From assembly GCA_964549385.1 (NCBI GenBank), contig CAZJVI010000001.1:1-53184 (forward strand): DNA of 53,184 nucleotides, read 5' to 3'. A model generated the notes under the pieces. That model saw only the letters and a list, made by a program, of their open reading frames with translations, did not search any database and was not told where the DNA came from. This document shows, piece after piece, positions 1 through 7,714 of the stretch (the first letter of the stretch is position 1; the number at the start of each line of letters is the position of its first letter). Source of the DNA: an uncultured Gammaproteobacteria bacterium. Its GTDB lineage: Bacteria; Patescibacteriota; Microgenomatia; Levybacterales; UBA12049. The translations under genes were made by a program, and so were the position numbers.

Positions 1-1282
1 TATCAGACGCAAGAGTCAGCGATGAATAGCCAGTCCCAAAAACTGGACTGCTCAAGAAAGCAAGCCAATCTCGTGGCCATTCTGCCTGGAAACGAGTTGT
101 TAGAGAAACATCAAGCGCGTACGCCTTACTTAACAAAAAGCTTCCTGAAACAGATGAAATATTTTCCTGAAGTGACTGCAACTCTGCATTAGTGATAACT
201 TGGGATTCAGCACTGGATGAACTCGTGTTAAACGCATTCTGAGAACTCCCTACCGTTACTGTCCCCGGCGGTGGAGACTGCGGCTGTGTATTGGCCTGAT
301 TCTGTTGGGATTTTTTAATAATATTTTGTATTTCCTTCTGAGAACTTCCTGGTTGTACCTGGACAATTTGAACTTGCTGGATAGTTTTGGCGAATCGTTG
401 AAGTGTCGTGGTACTAAATACAAACAAAACTCCGATACTTATGATAAGAACAGGAATAATCCAAAATTTCTTTTTCCAAATAACGAGCATCGACATCACG
501 CCAAGTAAATAAGCAATATATGCCGTTCGTGAAGAAGTAAAATTAAGAAGTTCTAATGAAAAAATGACAAGTAGAGCAAGAAGAATTCTAATTTTTAAAC
601 GCTTCACCATAATGAATAACGCGATAAAAAGCGGAATGAAAAGGACAAGATAGGATGATAAATCATAATTACCACCAAATGTCGATGCTATTCTTGAAAG
701 AGGATCAAGACATAACGGAATACCCTTGGCAAATTGTTCATTACCGGTCAAAAATGCTGGAAAACAGAATTGATATTTGTCAAAAAACGTCGGAAAAAGC
801 GTCCATAAATCTTCATAAAATTTCTGGCCAAAACCATAAAGTGTTACAAATGCCAACGAGATACCCAGTGATGTGAGATAAAATATTACATCCTTTTGCT
901 TCCTCACCGATGAATACGCAGCAAAAAAGAGAATCATGTATTCGATACGCCTGAAGTACTCCAAAGCTGCAACAAGTGGGAAAAAATTAGGGATATGAGA
1001 AGCAAGAAAAATAAGACAATAAATAAGCGTGATAAGCCCAATTATCCAATACGCAATTAATGAATATCCTTCAGGTCGGGGAAGCGAAACTTTTTTTCTC
1101 AATAATTGAACAAACCAGATTGCCGTAACAAGAAGAATGACAAAATCTTCCAACCTGATATAAACCCATACATGTGAAATCCCAATACTTGGGAGTTTGG
1201 GATAGAGCGGGATAAAAAGGATTGCAAAAGCAATACTCCAACGAAGTATATTATCATCAAGAAAAGCAAGAAACTTCTTCAT
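1..1282 (-). CDS. O-antigen ligase/polymerase-family (Wzy_C-like) polytopic membrane protein; partial, 3' end runs off the left edge
   Basis: Absent from the ORF track. Hand translation of the minus strand from ATG 1282..1280 stays open to position 2 (~427 codons): MKKFLAFLDDNILRWSIAFAILFIPLYPKLPS...NFTSSRTAYIAYLLGVMSML...SSPVFGTGYSSLTLASD. It has many hydrophobic spans plus the SSRTAY and FGTGYSS patterns typical of the family. Confidence 0.65.
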   Translation of the reverse strand, partial: MKKFLAFLDDNILRWSIAFAILFIPLYPKLPSIGISHVWVYIRLEDFVILLVTAIWFVQLLRKKVSLPRPEGYSLIAYWIIGLITLIYCLIFLASHIPNFFPLVAALEYFRRIEYMILFFAAYSSVRKQKDVIFYLTSLGISLAFVTLYGFGQKFYEDLWTLFPTFFDKYQFCFPAFLTGNEQFAKGIPLCLDPLSRIASTFGGNYDLSSYLVLFIPLFIALFIMVKRLKIRILLALLVIFSLELLNFTSSRTAYIAYLLGVMSMLVIWKKKFWIIPVLIISIGVLFVFSTTTLQRFAKTIQQVQIVQVQPGSSQKEIQNIIKKSQQNQANTQPQSPPPGTVTVGSSQNAFNTSSSSAESQVITNAELQSLQENISSVSGSFLLSKAYALDVSLTTRFQAEWPRDWLAFLSSPVFGTGYSSLTLASD

Positions 1283-1337
1283 TATACAATTATTAAAGTA
1301 TACTCAAAATCGATAAAAAATAACAACAACGAAATAA

Positions 1338-1412
1338 TAGGTACTAGGTGATAGGTTTTAGCTAATAGAAAATAAGAATTATCTATAACCTAGTACCTAA
1401 AACCTAATACCT
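1338..1412. repeat. 75-bp palindromic element built from 7-nt-periodic TAGG / CCTA units; possible terminator or RNA switch between two minus-strand genes
   Basis: TAG(G) occurs at 1338, 1345, 1352, 1359 and 1366 on the plus strand. CTA occurs at 1383, 1390, 1397 and 1404, which is TAG on the minus strand. Perfect 12-bp pairing 1338-1349:1388-1399, perfect 10-bp pairing 1352-1361:1397-1406, and an in-register imperfect hairpin (27 of 35 positions). On the minus strand it is followed by the T-rich run TTATTTCGTTGTTGTTATTTTTTAT. Confidence 0.5.
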
Positions 1413-1419
1413 TCATCTA

Positions 1420-1977
1420 TTATCTAAACCACGCGGCTCTCCCTAACCGATAATGCGGATCTTTATTACTTCGCTCACCAATCACCTTTGCAGGAACTCC
1501 TCCAACAATTGCAAAAGATTCAACATTTTTGGTAACAACAGCACCTGCAGCAACAACTGCTCCTTTACCAATTGTCACACCTGGAAGAATAATAACGCGT
1601 GGACCCAAAAAAACATAATCTTCGATAACAACATCTCCGCTTGAAGCATGAAAATCATCGCTTGCGATGTCATGCTCGCAGTTATAAATCATCACTTCTG
1701 ATGCCATATCAACATGATCACCGATCTTGAGTTTGGCTCTTCCGTCCAAAACTGCACCCTCACCGATTATAGTATCCTTACCAATTATGATATTCGAAGG
1801 ATTATAAAATCGCGCTCCCATATGAAGTGTTGAACCCGCTCCAATCTTCATTCCAGCGATACGATAAAAAAATCTCCTTACATAATGCGAAGGAAAATGA
1901 CCAATAAGATGCAATAAAGCAATAATAAACTCTAAACTAATTGTACGTATTCTATTCATAATCTTCTTAGTCATCAT
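1420..1977 (-). CDS. Hexapeptide-repeat (left-handed beta-helix) sugar O-acetyltransferase with N-terminal hydrophobic segment
   Basis: LbH repeats IGKDTIIGEGAVLDG, IGDHVDM and VFLGPRVIILPGVTIGKGAVVAAGAVVTKNV resemble WcaF/maltose-type acetyltransferases. The track start at 2064 overlaps the upstream gene by 61 nt. The tandem ATG ATG at 1977/1974 (MMTKKIM) is the more likely start. Confidence 0.85.
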   Translation of the reverse strand: MMTKKIMNRIRTISLEFIIALLHLIGHFPSHYVRRFFYRIAGMKIGAGSTLHMGARFYNPSNIIIGKDTIIGEGAVLDGRAKLKIGDHVDMASEVMIYNCEHDIASDDFHASSGDVVIEDYVFLGPRVIILPGVTIGKGAVVAAGAVVTKNVESFAIVGGVPAKVIGERSNKDPHYRLGRAAWFR

Positions 1978-2003
1978 ATTGTTAATGGTTAACGAATTAC
2001 ACG

Positions 2004-3149
2004 TTAACTTTTTCCCGCAACCTGTTGTAAAACCTCCAATGTCTCCTTCGCTGCTTTTTCCCAACTGAATTTTTTCACTTGTTTTTTCCCTTTTTCAACA
2101 AGCTCTTCACGTAATTTTTTATCGTTAATCAATTTATTCATCTTTTCAGCGATATCGTTAACATTTTCTGGATCAACATACATAGCTGCATCTCCACCCG
2201 CTTCTGGCAGACTGGAGATATTGCTTGTTATTACTGGACAACCCCTTTGCATTGCCTCAAGTACAGGCAATCCGAAACCTTCATAAAGACTTGGAAGAAC
2301 ATAACACAAGGCATGTTTGTAAAATATATCCAATTCATCATCATGGATATTTTCCAAAAACTTTACTCGATCTTCAACACCAAATTTCTCTGGTGCGGCA
2401 AGTATTTCTTCATATTGCCAGCCTTTTTTACCAATAATTATGAGCTCTAAATCCTTAATCTCAAAATCCTCTTCTCTGATTCCTAATTTTGAAAATGCTT
2501 CAATTAATCTTACGATATTTTTTCGAGGCTGCAAAGTACCTACAAAGAGGATAAAATTGGCTGAAATATGATATTTATTTTGTAACTGATTCATACCATA
2601 GACATGGGGTTCCAATGAAAAAATATTTTTTATCCCCGGATAAGTCGTAATAACCTTATCCTTTGAGACAGTATATGCTTTGATTATATCATCTCTGCTT
2701 GCATCACTAATAGTCAAGACTTTCTTTGCATTCTTAACTGAATACGCTGTCCAATTACGAAGCTGATATAAATCTGATGCATTGAACATCTCAGGGAATC
2801 GTTCATACGCAACATCCATAATTGAGACAACGGTTGGCATCGGAGAAAAGCGCGGTGCATAATGAGTCATGCTAAAAAATACATCAGGTCGAGGATTATG
2901 GAGATATAAATCAAGCGGCAGACGCCACTGCGTCCACAATTTCCCAGGTTTCAAAACGCGGTACTCCCAAAATTTATTTGCTTTTGGCAAACTTGTAAGC
3001 GGCTTGTCTTTGAGATAAATAACGAACTTTATATTTTTATCCCGCAAAGAAGTATCAGATGCAAATTGCAATAATAGTTGATACGCATATTCGCTAATAC
3101 CTACTCTTTTTTCTACATTGGCTTCATTGCCATCGATTCCTATTATCAT
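2004..3149 (-). CDS. Glycosyltransferase family 4 (GT-B fold)
   Basis: C-terminal EGFGLPVLEAMQRGCPVITSNISSLPEAGGDAAMYVDP is the classic GT4 nucleotide-sugar-binding region. The N-terminus MIIGIDGNEA is typical. Confidence 0.9.
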   Translation of the reverse strand: MIIGIDGNEANVEKRVGISEYAYQLLLQFASDTSLRDKNIKFVIYLKDKPLTSLPKANKFWEYRVLKPGKLWTQWRLPLDLYLHNPRPDVFFSMTHYAPRFSPMPTVVSIMDVAYERFPEMFNASDLYQLRNWTAYSVKNAKKVLTISDASRDDIIKAYTVSKDKVITTYPGIKNIFSLEPHVYGMNQLQNKYHISANFILFVGTLQPRKNIVRLIEAFSKLGIREEDFEIKDLELIIIGKKGWQYEEILAAPEKFGVEDRVKFLENIHDDELDIFYKHALCYVLPSLYEGFGLPVLEAMQRGCPVITSNISSLPEAGGDAAMYVDPENVNDIAEKMNKLINDKKLREELVEKGKKQVKKFSWEKAAKETLEVLQQVAGKS

Positions 3150-3158
3150 AATTTTAAA

Positions 3159-3692
3159 CTAAACTCCTGGATAAATTACTTCTAATTGTTTTTCGTTTAT
3201 TCCTAAAATCTCACTTGCATCCTTCTTTGTTGCTTCAGAAATACACAGTATCATATCCGATTCTTTTTTTACCCATGCCAATTTTCGCTTTTGTGTGGCA
3301 ACAATTTTATCAGCTGTTTCTTGCGGATATTTATAAACAATCAAATCATAAAGAATTGTCATTTTTTTCGCTCTTTTGGTAGGCGGTTCGGTCCAATCTG
3401 AGGTAATAAAAACATCCACATCCCCTATCAAATTCTCAATCGGCATAATATGCAATTTATTCCATAACAAATCCAAAATCGTTGGGGGAAATTTGTATTG
3501 TTTAATTGTTACATTGGAATTTGATTGAAAATTGAAAATTGAAAATTGAAAATTTCTCCTCAAAGAAGAATAAAACAATATGTATTCGTTCTCTTTATCT
3601 AAAGTAATCAAACTGGAAACCAAACTCTTTAAATAATTCGCGACACCAGTCTTTTCGTACGCAAGTTGAGAAATATCAATCCCGATTTTCAT
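3159..3692 (-). CDS. Stand-alone GT4 N-terminal (acceptor) domain; truncated glycosyltransferase, possibly a gene remnant
   Basis: 177 aa, from MKIGIDISQLAYEKTGVANYL to ILCISEATKKDASEILGINEKQLEVIYPGV*. It stops exactly where GT4 enzymes begin their C-terminal catalytic domain, and no C-domain partner ORF follows. It has the only clear SD in the window (GAGGA 7 nt before the ATG). Confidence 0.6.
   Translation of the reverse strand: MKIGIDISQLAYEKTGVANYLKSLVSSLITLDKENEYILFYSSLRRNFQFSIFNFQSNSNVTIKQYKFPPTILDLLWNKLHIMPIENLIGDVDVFITSDWTEPPTKRAKKMTILYDLIVYKYPQETADKIVATQKRKLAWVKKESDMILCISEATKKDASEILGINEKQLEVIYPGV
3525..3552. repeat. Perfect heptanucleotide tandem repeat (TTGAAAA)x4 plus partial units, inside the truncated GT4 ORF
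   Basis: Units at 3525-3531, 3532-3538, 3539-3545 and 3546-3552, flanked by partial copies (3521-3524 and 3553-3554). On the coding strand this reads (AATTTTC)n and encodes NFQFSIFNFQ. Confidence 0.95.
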
Positions 3693-3731
3693 AAAATAAT
3701 CCTCATTTATTGTAGCATAAAGCTCTTCTTG

Positions 3732-4688
3732 TCATTGTTTTGAAGGATCGCTTGTATACTTGAGCGGAAAATTACGAGGGCTGTTTGCCTCACCTGGAGA
3801 TGAATAAGAAAGATTGATCATAAGATCCGCAAGAAATCCGGTAAAGAAAACTTGAAAGCCACTAATCACTAACAAAACTCCTCCGAAAAGAATTGGACGG
3901 CGGTAAATTTGCTGCCCCAAAAATGTATGAATATATGTCAAATAAAGCAAAATGATGAAACCAACAAGCAAAAATAACCCACCAATTACGCCAAAGAAAT
4001 GAAGCGGACGAGTACGATATTTTGTAAGGAAAAACATCGTAAATAGATCAGGCAAATTCTTCCATACTTTTGAAAATCCATATTTTGATTCACCAAAATG
4101 TCTCGCTTCATGCTCCACAACTACTTCGTCAACATTATACCCTTCCTGATATAGAAGAAGTGGAATGAACCGATATAAACCACCGTAAATATTGAGATTT
4201 TCTACAGCTTCCTTTCTAAAGAGTTTGAATCCGCAATCAATATCATGCAATTTCAAACCGAATAGTTTTCCAATAACATAGTTAAAAAATTTAGAAATAA
4301 AGACCATTTTTTGTTTGTCTTTCCGGTCTTTTCTCCAACCACAAACAACATCTGCACCTTCTTTATGTTTATCAAGAAATTTCTTAATTTCTGACGGCTT
4401 GTCCTGCAAATCTGCATCCATTGTGATAACTATGTCACCCTTTACGTGAGCAAATCCATACGCAAGAGCATCAGCTTTTCCACGGTGACGCTTAAAAGAA
4501 AAAACTCTGATGTGTTTGTTTTTTTGAACAAATGTTTTAAGAACGGTAAGCGTGTTATCAGTGGAGCCGTCGTCAATAAAAACAATTTCGTAGTCTTTGG
4601 AAGCAGTCGGAAGATACTTCATCATTTCGTCATAAAACGTCTGAATTCCCTCTCCTTCATTTTTTGCAGGCACAATAACACTCACCAT
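3732..4688 (-). CDS. GT2 polyprenyl-phosphate sugar synthase (GtrB/ArnC/DPM1 architecture)
   Basis: VIVPAKNE, FIDDGSTDNT and a canonical ITMDADLQDKPSEI, followed by two C-terminal TM helices (FFGVIGGLFLLVGFIILLYL and GGVLLVISGFQVFFTGFLADL). Confidence 0.85.
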   Translation of the reverse strand: MVSVIVPAKNEGEGIQTFYDEMMKYLPTASKDYEIVFIDDGSTDNTLTVLKTFVQKNKHIRVFSFKRHRGKADALAYGFAHVKGDIVITMDADLQDKPSEIKKFLDKHKEGADVVCGWRKDRKDKQKMVFISKFFNYVIGKLFGLKLHDIDCGFKLFRKEAVENLNIYGGLYRFIPLLLYQEGYNVDEVVVEHEARHFGESKYGFSKVWKNLPDLFTMFFLTKYRTRPLHFFGVIGGLFLLVGFIILLYLTYIHTFLGQQIYRRPILFGGVLLVISGFQVFFTGFLADLMINLSYSSPGEANSPRNFPLKYTSDPSKQ

Positions 4689-4697
4689 AATGATGTA

Positions 4698-4725
4698 ATT
4701 GTATCATTTTTTACGCTTAATCCAA
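4698..4725 (-). promoter_or_regulatory. Sigma70-like promoter candidate (-35 TTGGAT, 16-nt spacer, extended -10 TGaTACAAT) only 9 nt from the ATG at 4688
   Basis: Minus-strand reading of 4720-4725 gives TTGGAT, 4704-4706 gives TGA and 4698-4703 gives TACAAT. No SD lies between it and the start codon. Confidence 0.35.
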
Positions 4726-4751
4726 AATATATAGAAAAATTCTTTTGAATA

Positions 4752-5405
4752 TTATTTTTTTGCGATAATTAAACACGTTGAGATAAAACCTTCAAAAGAT
4801 ACATAAAAGGGTATACGGTAGTTAAGATGTTTATTCACTCGCCATATATAAGGGAAAAAAGACATAGGATATAATGTTACTTTTTTGAAGCCATTTAACA
4901 AAAATAAATGTCTCCAATTTTCAGGATGTAACACAGATAAATGCGTTTTATCAGCTACAATATTTTTATAATATGGGTATGGTGATGTCCCACAAAAAAT
5001 ACCATCTTTTTTTAGTAAGTTATAAATTTTGTCAATACTGGCTAAAGGATTTTCTAAATGTTCTAGCACTTCAAAAGCAAAAATTTTATTATATTTTTCC
5101 TCTGTAGAAAATTCTTCTAAAAAAATGGAATGAAATATTTTTTTTCTAAAAAATGCATTTGCAAATTTCATCGCTTGGTTGTCGGGTTCTAATCCAATAT
5201 AATCAATATCTTTCCCTTTTAAAAAAGCGTAAAATCCTCCAACGCCAGACCCGATTTCTAAAACTTTTTCATCTTTTTCAATAGCAATCTGTTTGTTAAT
5301 AAAATTCCATTGAGCTGTAAACCATTTTTGATAATTCTCAATATCTTTTACACTGAAAGTACTTTTATAATGATTTTTGAAATATTCGTTATATTGGTTT
5401 TTCAT
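4752..5405 (-). CDS. Class I SAM-dependent methyltransferase
   Basis: Motif I VLEIGSGVGGF, then FAFEVLEHLENP and LLKKDGIF (Methyltransf_11/23-like). Confidence 0.8.
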   Translation of the reverse strand: MKNQYNEYFKNHYKSTFSVKDIENYQKWFTAQWNFINKQIAIEKDEKVLEIGSGVGGFYAFLKGKDIDYIGLEPDNQAMKFANAFFRKKIFHSIFLEEFSTEEKYNKIFAFEVLEHLENPLASIDKIYNLLKKDGIFCGTSPYPYYKNIVADKTHLSVLHPENWRHLFLLNGFKKVTLYPMSFFPYIWRVNKHLNYRIPFYVSFEGFISTCLIIAKK

Positions 5406-5436
5406 AATTTATTAAATCAATAACCGTTTAATAGAC

Positions 5437-5652
5437 TTAGATTAGAAATAAAATAATTGATGCAAACAAAAATCCAGCAGCATACATAATTAACCGCTCT
5501 GCCGTAAAAAATATCCAAAAAGCAAATAAAGGTATTGAAAGAATCAAACATAGTAATCCAGCATATACTAAAAATTTTGGATTCTTTTTTATAAATAAAA
5601 AAACAATTATTAATAAAAAAATAATATCTTGTGGTTTTAATAAATGAAACAT
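5437..5652 (-). CDS. Small hydrophobic membrane protein (71 aa, ~3 TM), function unknown
   Basis: The ATG lies 2 nt after the stop of the upstream GT-C gene. The sequence is almost entirely hydrophobic (IIFLLIIVFLFI, LVYAGLLCLILSIPLFAFWIFF, AAGFLFASIILFLI). Confidence 0.5.
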   Translation of the reverse strand: MFHLLKPQDIIFLLIIVFLFIKKNPKFLVYAGLLCLILSIPLFAFWIFFTAERLIMYAAGFLFASIILFLI

Positions 5653-5654
5653 AA

Positions 5655-7709
5655 TTATAAAAAAATAATTAAACTAATCACGATAACCGCTGTAATAATA
5701 CTTATTATCATTCCTCTATTAACCCACGTTTGCGGTTCATAAGAAAGTGTCATTGAGTAATTGCCATTTTTTGGTAATATAAAACTATTATAACGACCAT
5801 CAAACTTTTGTGAAGAAAGAATAGTATTGCCTAACTGGGCTTTCCAGAAAGAATCATAGTTTTCTGAGAATACCACTCGTTGATTTTTCTTTCCATTTTT
5901 GATTGTTACCATATATTTTGTTTGTTCAATTTCGTTATCGTGAATAACAATATGAGTATCAGGACTCCAGAAATGAGACTTAGTATGTAATACTTCAAAA
6001 ACTTTATTCTTACCATAATTCTTAACTTGTTTTAACCAACCTATTTTTTCTAAAGAAGTAACATACGATGTATATTGTTTTTTGTCAAATTTTCTATCAG
6101 TAAGATAAATTGTTCCATCGGTGTCATCAGGAACAACAATATATTTGATAGAAGAATCCTCAAGAACTCTTTTTACAGATGGTTGTGAAATAGCTTTTAT
6201 TATACTTTTTGGTGAATAAACTTGGAGAAAATCATTTGCCGAAAGTGCAGGATGATTAAGTGAATACATACCATATTTTTGTCGGACAGGTAGCCACAGA
6301 GTTCTGAAATAAGAATTTTGAGAGGAAAGAAAAGAATTAAGTTTTTTATAATCTGAGGATACTGGCTGAGAAATAAATGTTCCGGTAAGTTGTCCCAGAA
6401 CTGCCTGATGAATTGTACATAACCAAAAAAGAATAAAAACAATTCCAACAATATATGCTCCATAATTCTTTAATACTTGATACTTAATACTTGATACTCT
6501 TTTCGATATTTGGAACAAACTATAAGGGATAAGGATACTGTAAGAAACAATAGCTAACATATAAAACTTTGTCGGATCACGGAACATGACAAAACCAGGG
6601 ATATGTCCAAACATCCAAAGATATATTCCACCAAAAGGATCATTGGCACCTTTTGACAGAAAAGCACCAAGTAAGGCAAGCAGCGCAAAATATATAATAT
6701 ATAAACTTTCTTTCTTTTCTTTTTTAATAAACAAAAGTGACATAAAAGCAATAATCGGCAATACAATAAATTCTGGACGCATGAAAGATACTTCACCAAA
6801 AATATTTTGCGGCCAATATGGATGAAGAAGCGATATACTATCTTCGAATTTTGCAAAACTGAAATACTGAACTGACTTGACAGAAGTAATAATTGCGCCA
6901 AACTGCGCAACAGGATTTTGATGTAATACAATAATTGGCACTATCCAAAAGGCGTGAATGAAACCCGTTATACAAAGTGGAATAACAAAAGCATAAATAA
7001 TGAATGGCGTAAGAAAACGCGCATTTTTTCTTGAAATCGTTACCCCTATTTTTAACAGTGCATATATTCCGATTGCAAAAAGAGTTACGTACGCGAAGCG
7101 TAAATCGAAAATTGCCTGAAGCGCAAAAAGTAATCCACAAAGTAGAACTTTTTTGACAATTTCCTTACTCGTAAGTAATCCTTTTAAACGATTCAGATCC
7201 AAACTATCAATTAATGTTATAAAATTCACAAGCACAATCGGCATCATTACATATGCCATCCCTACACCGGCTATTTGTCCGCCGCCTAACATCATTAATG
7301 TATAGGTATTAAAAAGAAAAATAAATGTAGAAAGAAAACCAAATTTTTTAATTGATACAATTTTTATAAGGAAAAAATGCGAAACAAAAGCTAAGATAAA
7401 AAAAGGTATCCACCAAAAAATTCTTTCAATAATAACACCATTCCAATTAACTATACTTGCAGCAACACCCATCAAAAAATTATATGGAGCATAATTTAGT
7501 AACGCAGTAGCGTTTTGTCCAAAATCATAGGTACTAACCCACGAAGAAAATGAATTATGAGAAATGAACTGTAAATAAGTAGTTGTTAATAATGTATAGT
7601 CCCCACCAGAAATCAAGTGATTAGAAAAAATAAAAGGAAATATAATTAGAATTAAAATTATAACTAATAAAAAAGTTAGAAGGTATGTTTTATTTGTTAA
7701 CGGATTCAT
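5655..7709 (-). CDS. GT-C-type polytopic glycosyltransferase, AftD/DUF3367-like (paralogue P1)
   Basis: 684 aa with more than 10 TM helices. ISGGDYTLL follows TM1, the loop motif is HIPGFVMFRDPTKFYMLA, then FRTLWLPV and IKYIVVPD. A C-terminal beta-rich domain (FWKAQLGNTIL...ILPKNGNYSMTLSYEP) ends in a terminal TM anchor. Confidence 0.6.
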   Translation of the reverse strand: MNPLTNKTYLLTFLLVIILILIIFPFIFSNHLISGGDYTLLTTTYLQFISHNSFSSWVSTYDFGQNATALLNYAPYNFLMGVAASIVNWNGVIIERIFWWIPFFILAFVSHFFLIKIVSIKKFGFLSTFIFLFNTYTLMMLGGGQIAGVGMAYVMMPIVLVNFITLIDSLDLNRLKGLLTSKEIVKKVLLCGLLFALQAIFDLRFAYVTLFAIGIYALLKIGVTISRKNARFLTPFIIYAFVIPLCITGFIHAFWIVPIIVLHQNPVAQFGAIITSVKSVQYFSFAKFEDSISLLHPYWPQNIFGEVSFMRPEFIVLPIIAFMSLLFIKKEKKESLYIIYFALLALLGAFLSKGANDPFGGIYLWMFGHIPGFVMFRDPTKFYMLAIVSYSILIPYSLFQISKRVSSIKYQVLKNYGAYIVGIVFILFWLCTIHQAVLGQLTGTFISQPVSSDYKKLNSFLSSQNSYFRTLWLPVRQKYGMYSLNHPALSANDFLQVYSPKSIIKAISQPSVKRVLEDSSIKYIVVPDDTDGTIYLTDRKFDKKQYTSYVTSLEKIGWLKQVKNYGKNKVFEVLHTKSHFWSPDTHIVIHDNEIEQTKYMVTIKNGKKNQRVVFSENYDSFWKAQLGNTILSSQKFDGRYNSFILPKNGNYSMTLSYEPQTWVNRGMIISIITAVIVISLIIFL

Positions 7710-7714
7710 TGTAA

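Noticed and set aside
305-876. Plus-strand track ORFs 305-508 and 655-876
   Set aside because: They lie antisense to an uninterrupted 427-codon minus-strand frame with clear membrane-protein/Wzy_C-like features. They are shadow ORFs.
3525-3552. Possible CRISPR or other repeat array
   Set aside because: The units are only 7 nt with no spacers, and the tract lies inside a coding frame. It is a microsatellite, not a CRISPR array. I saw no CRISPR-like repeat-spacer structure anywhere in the window.
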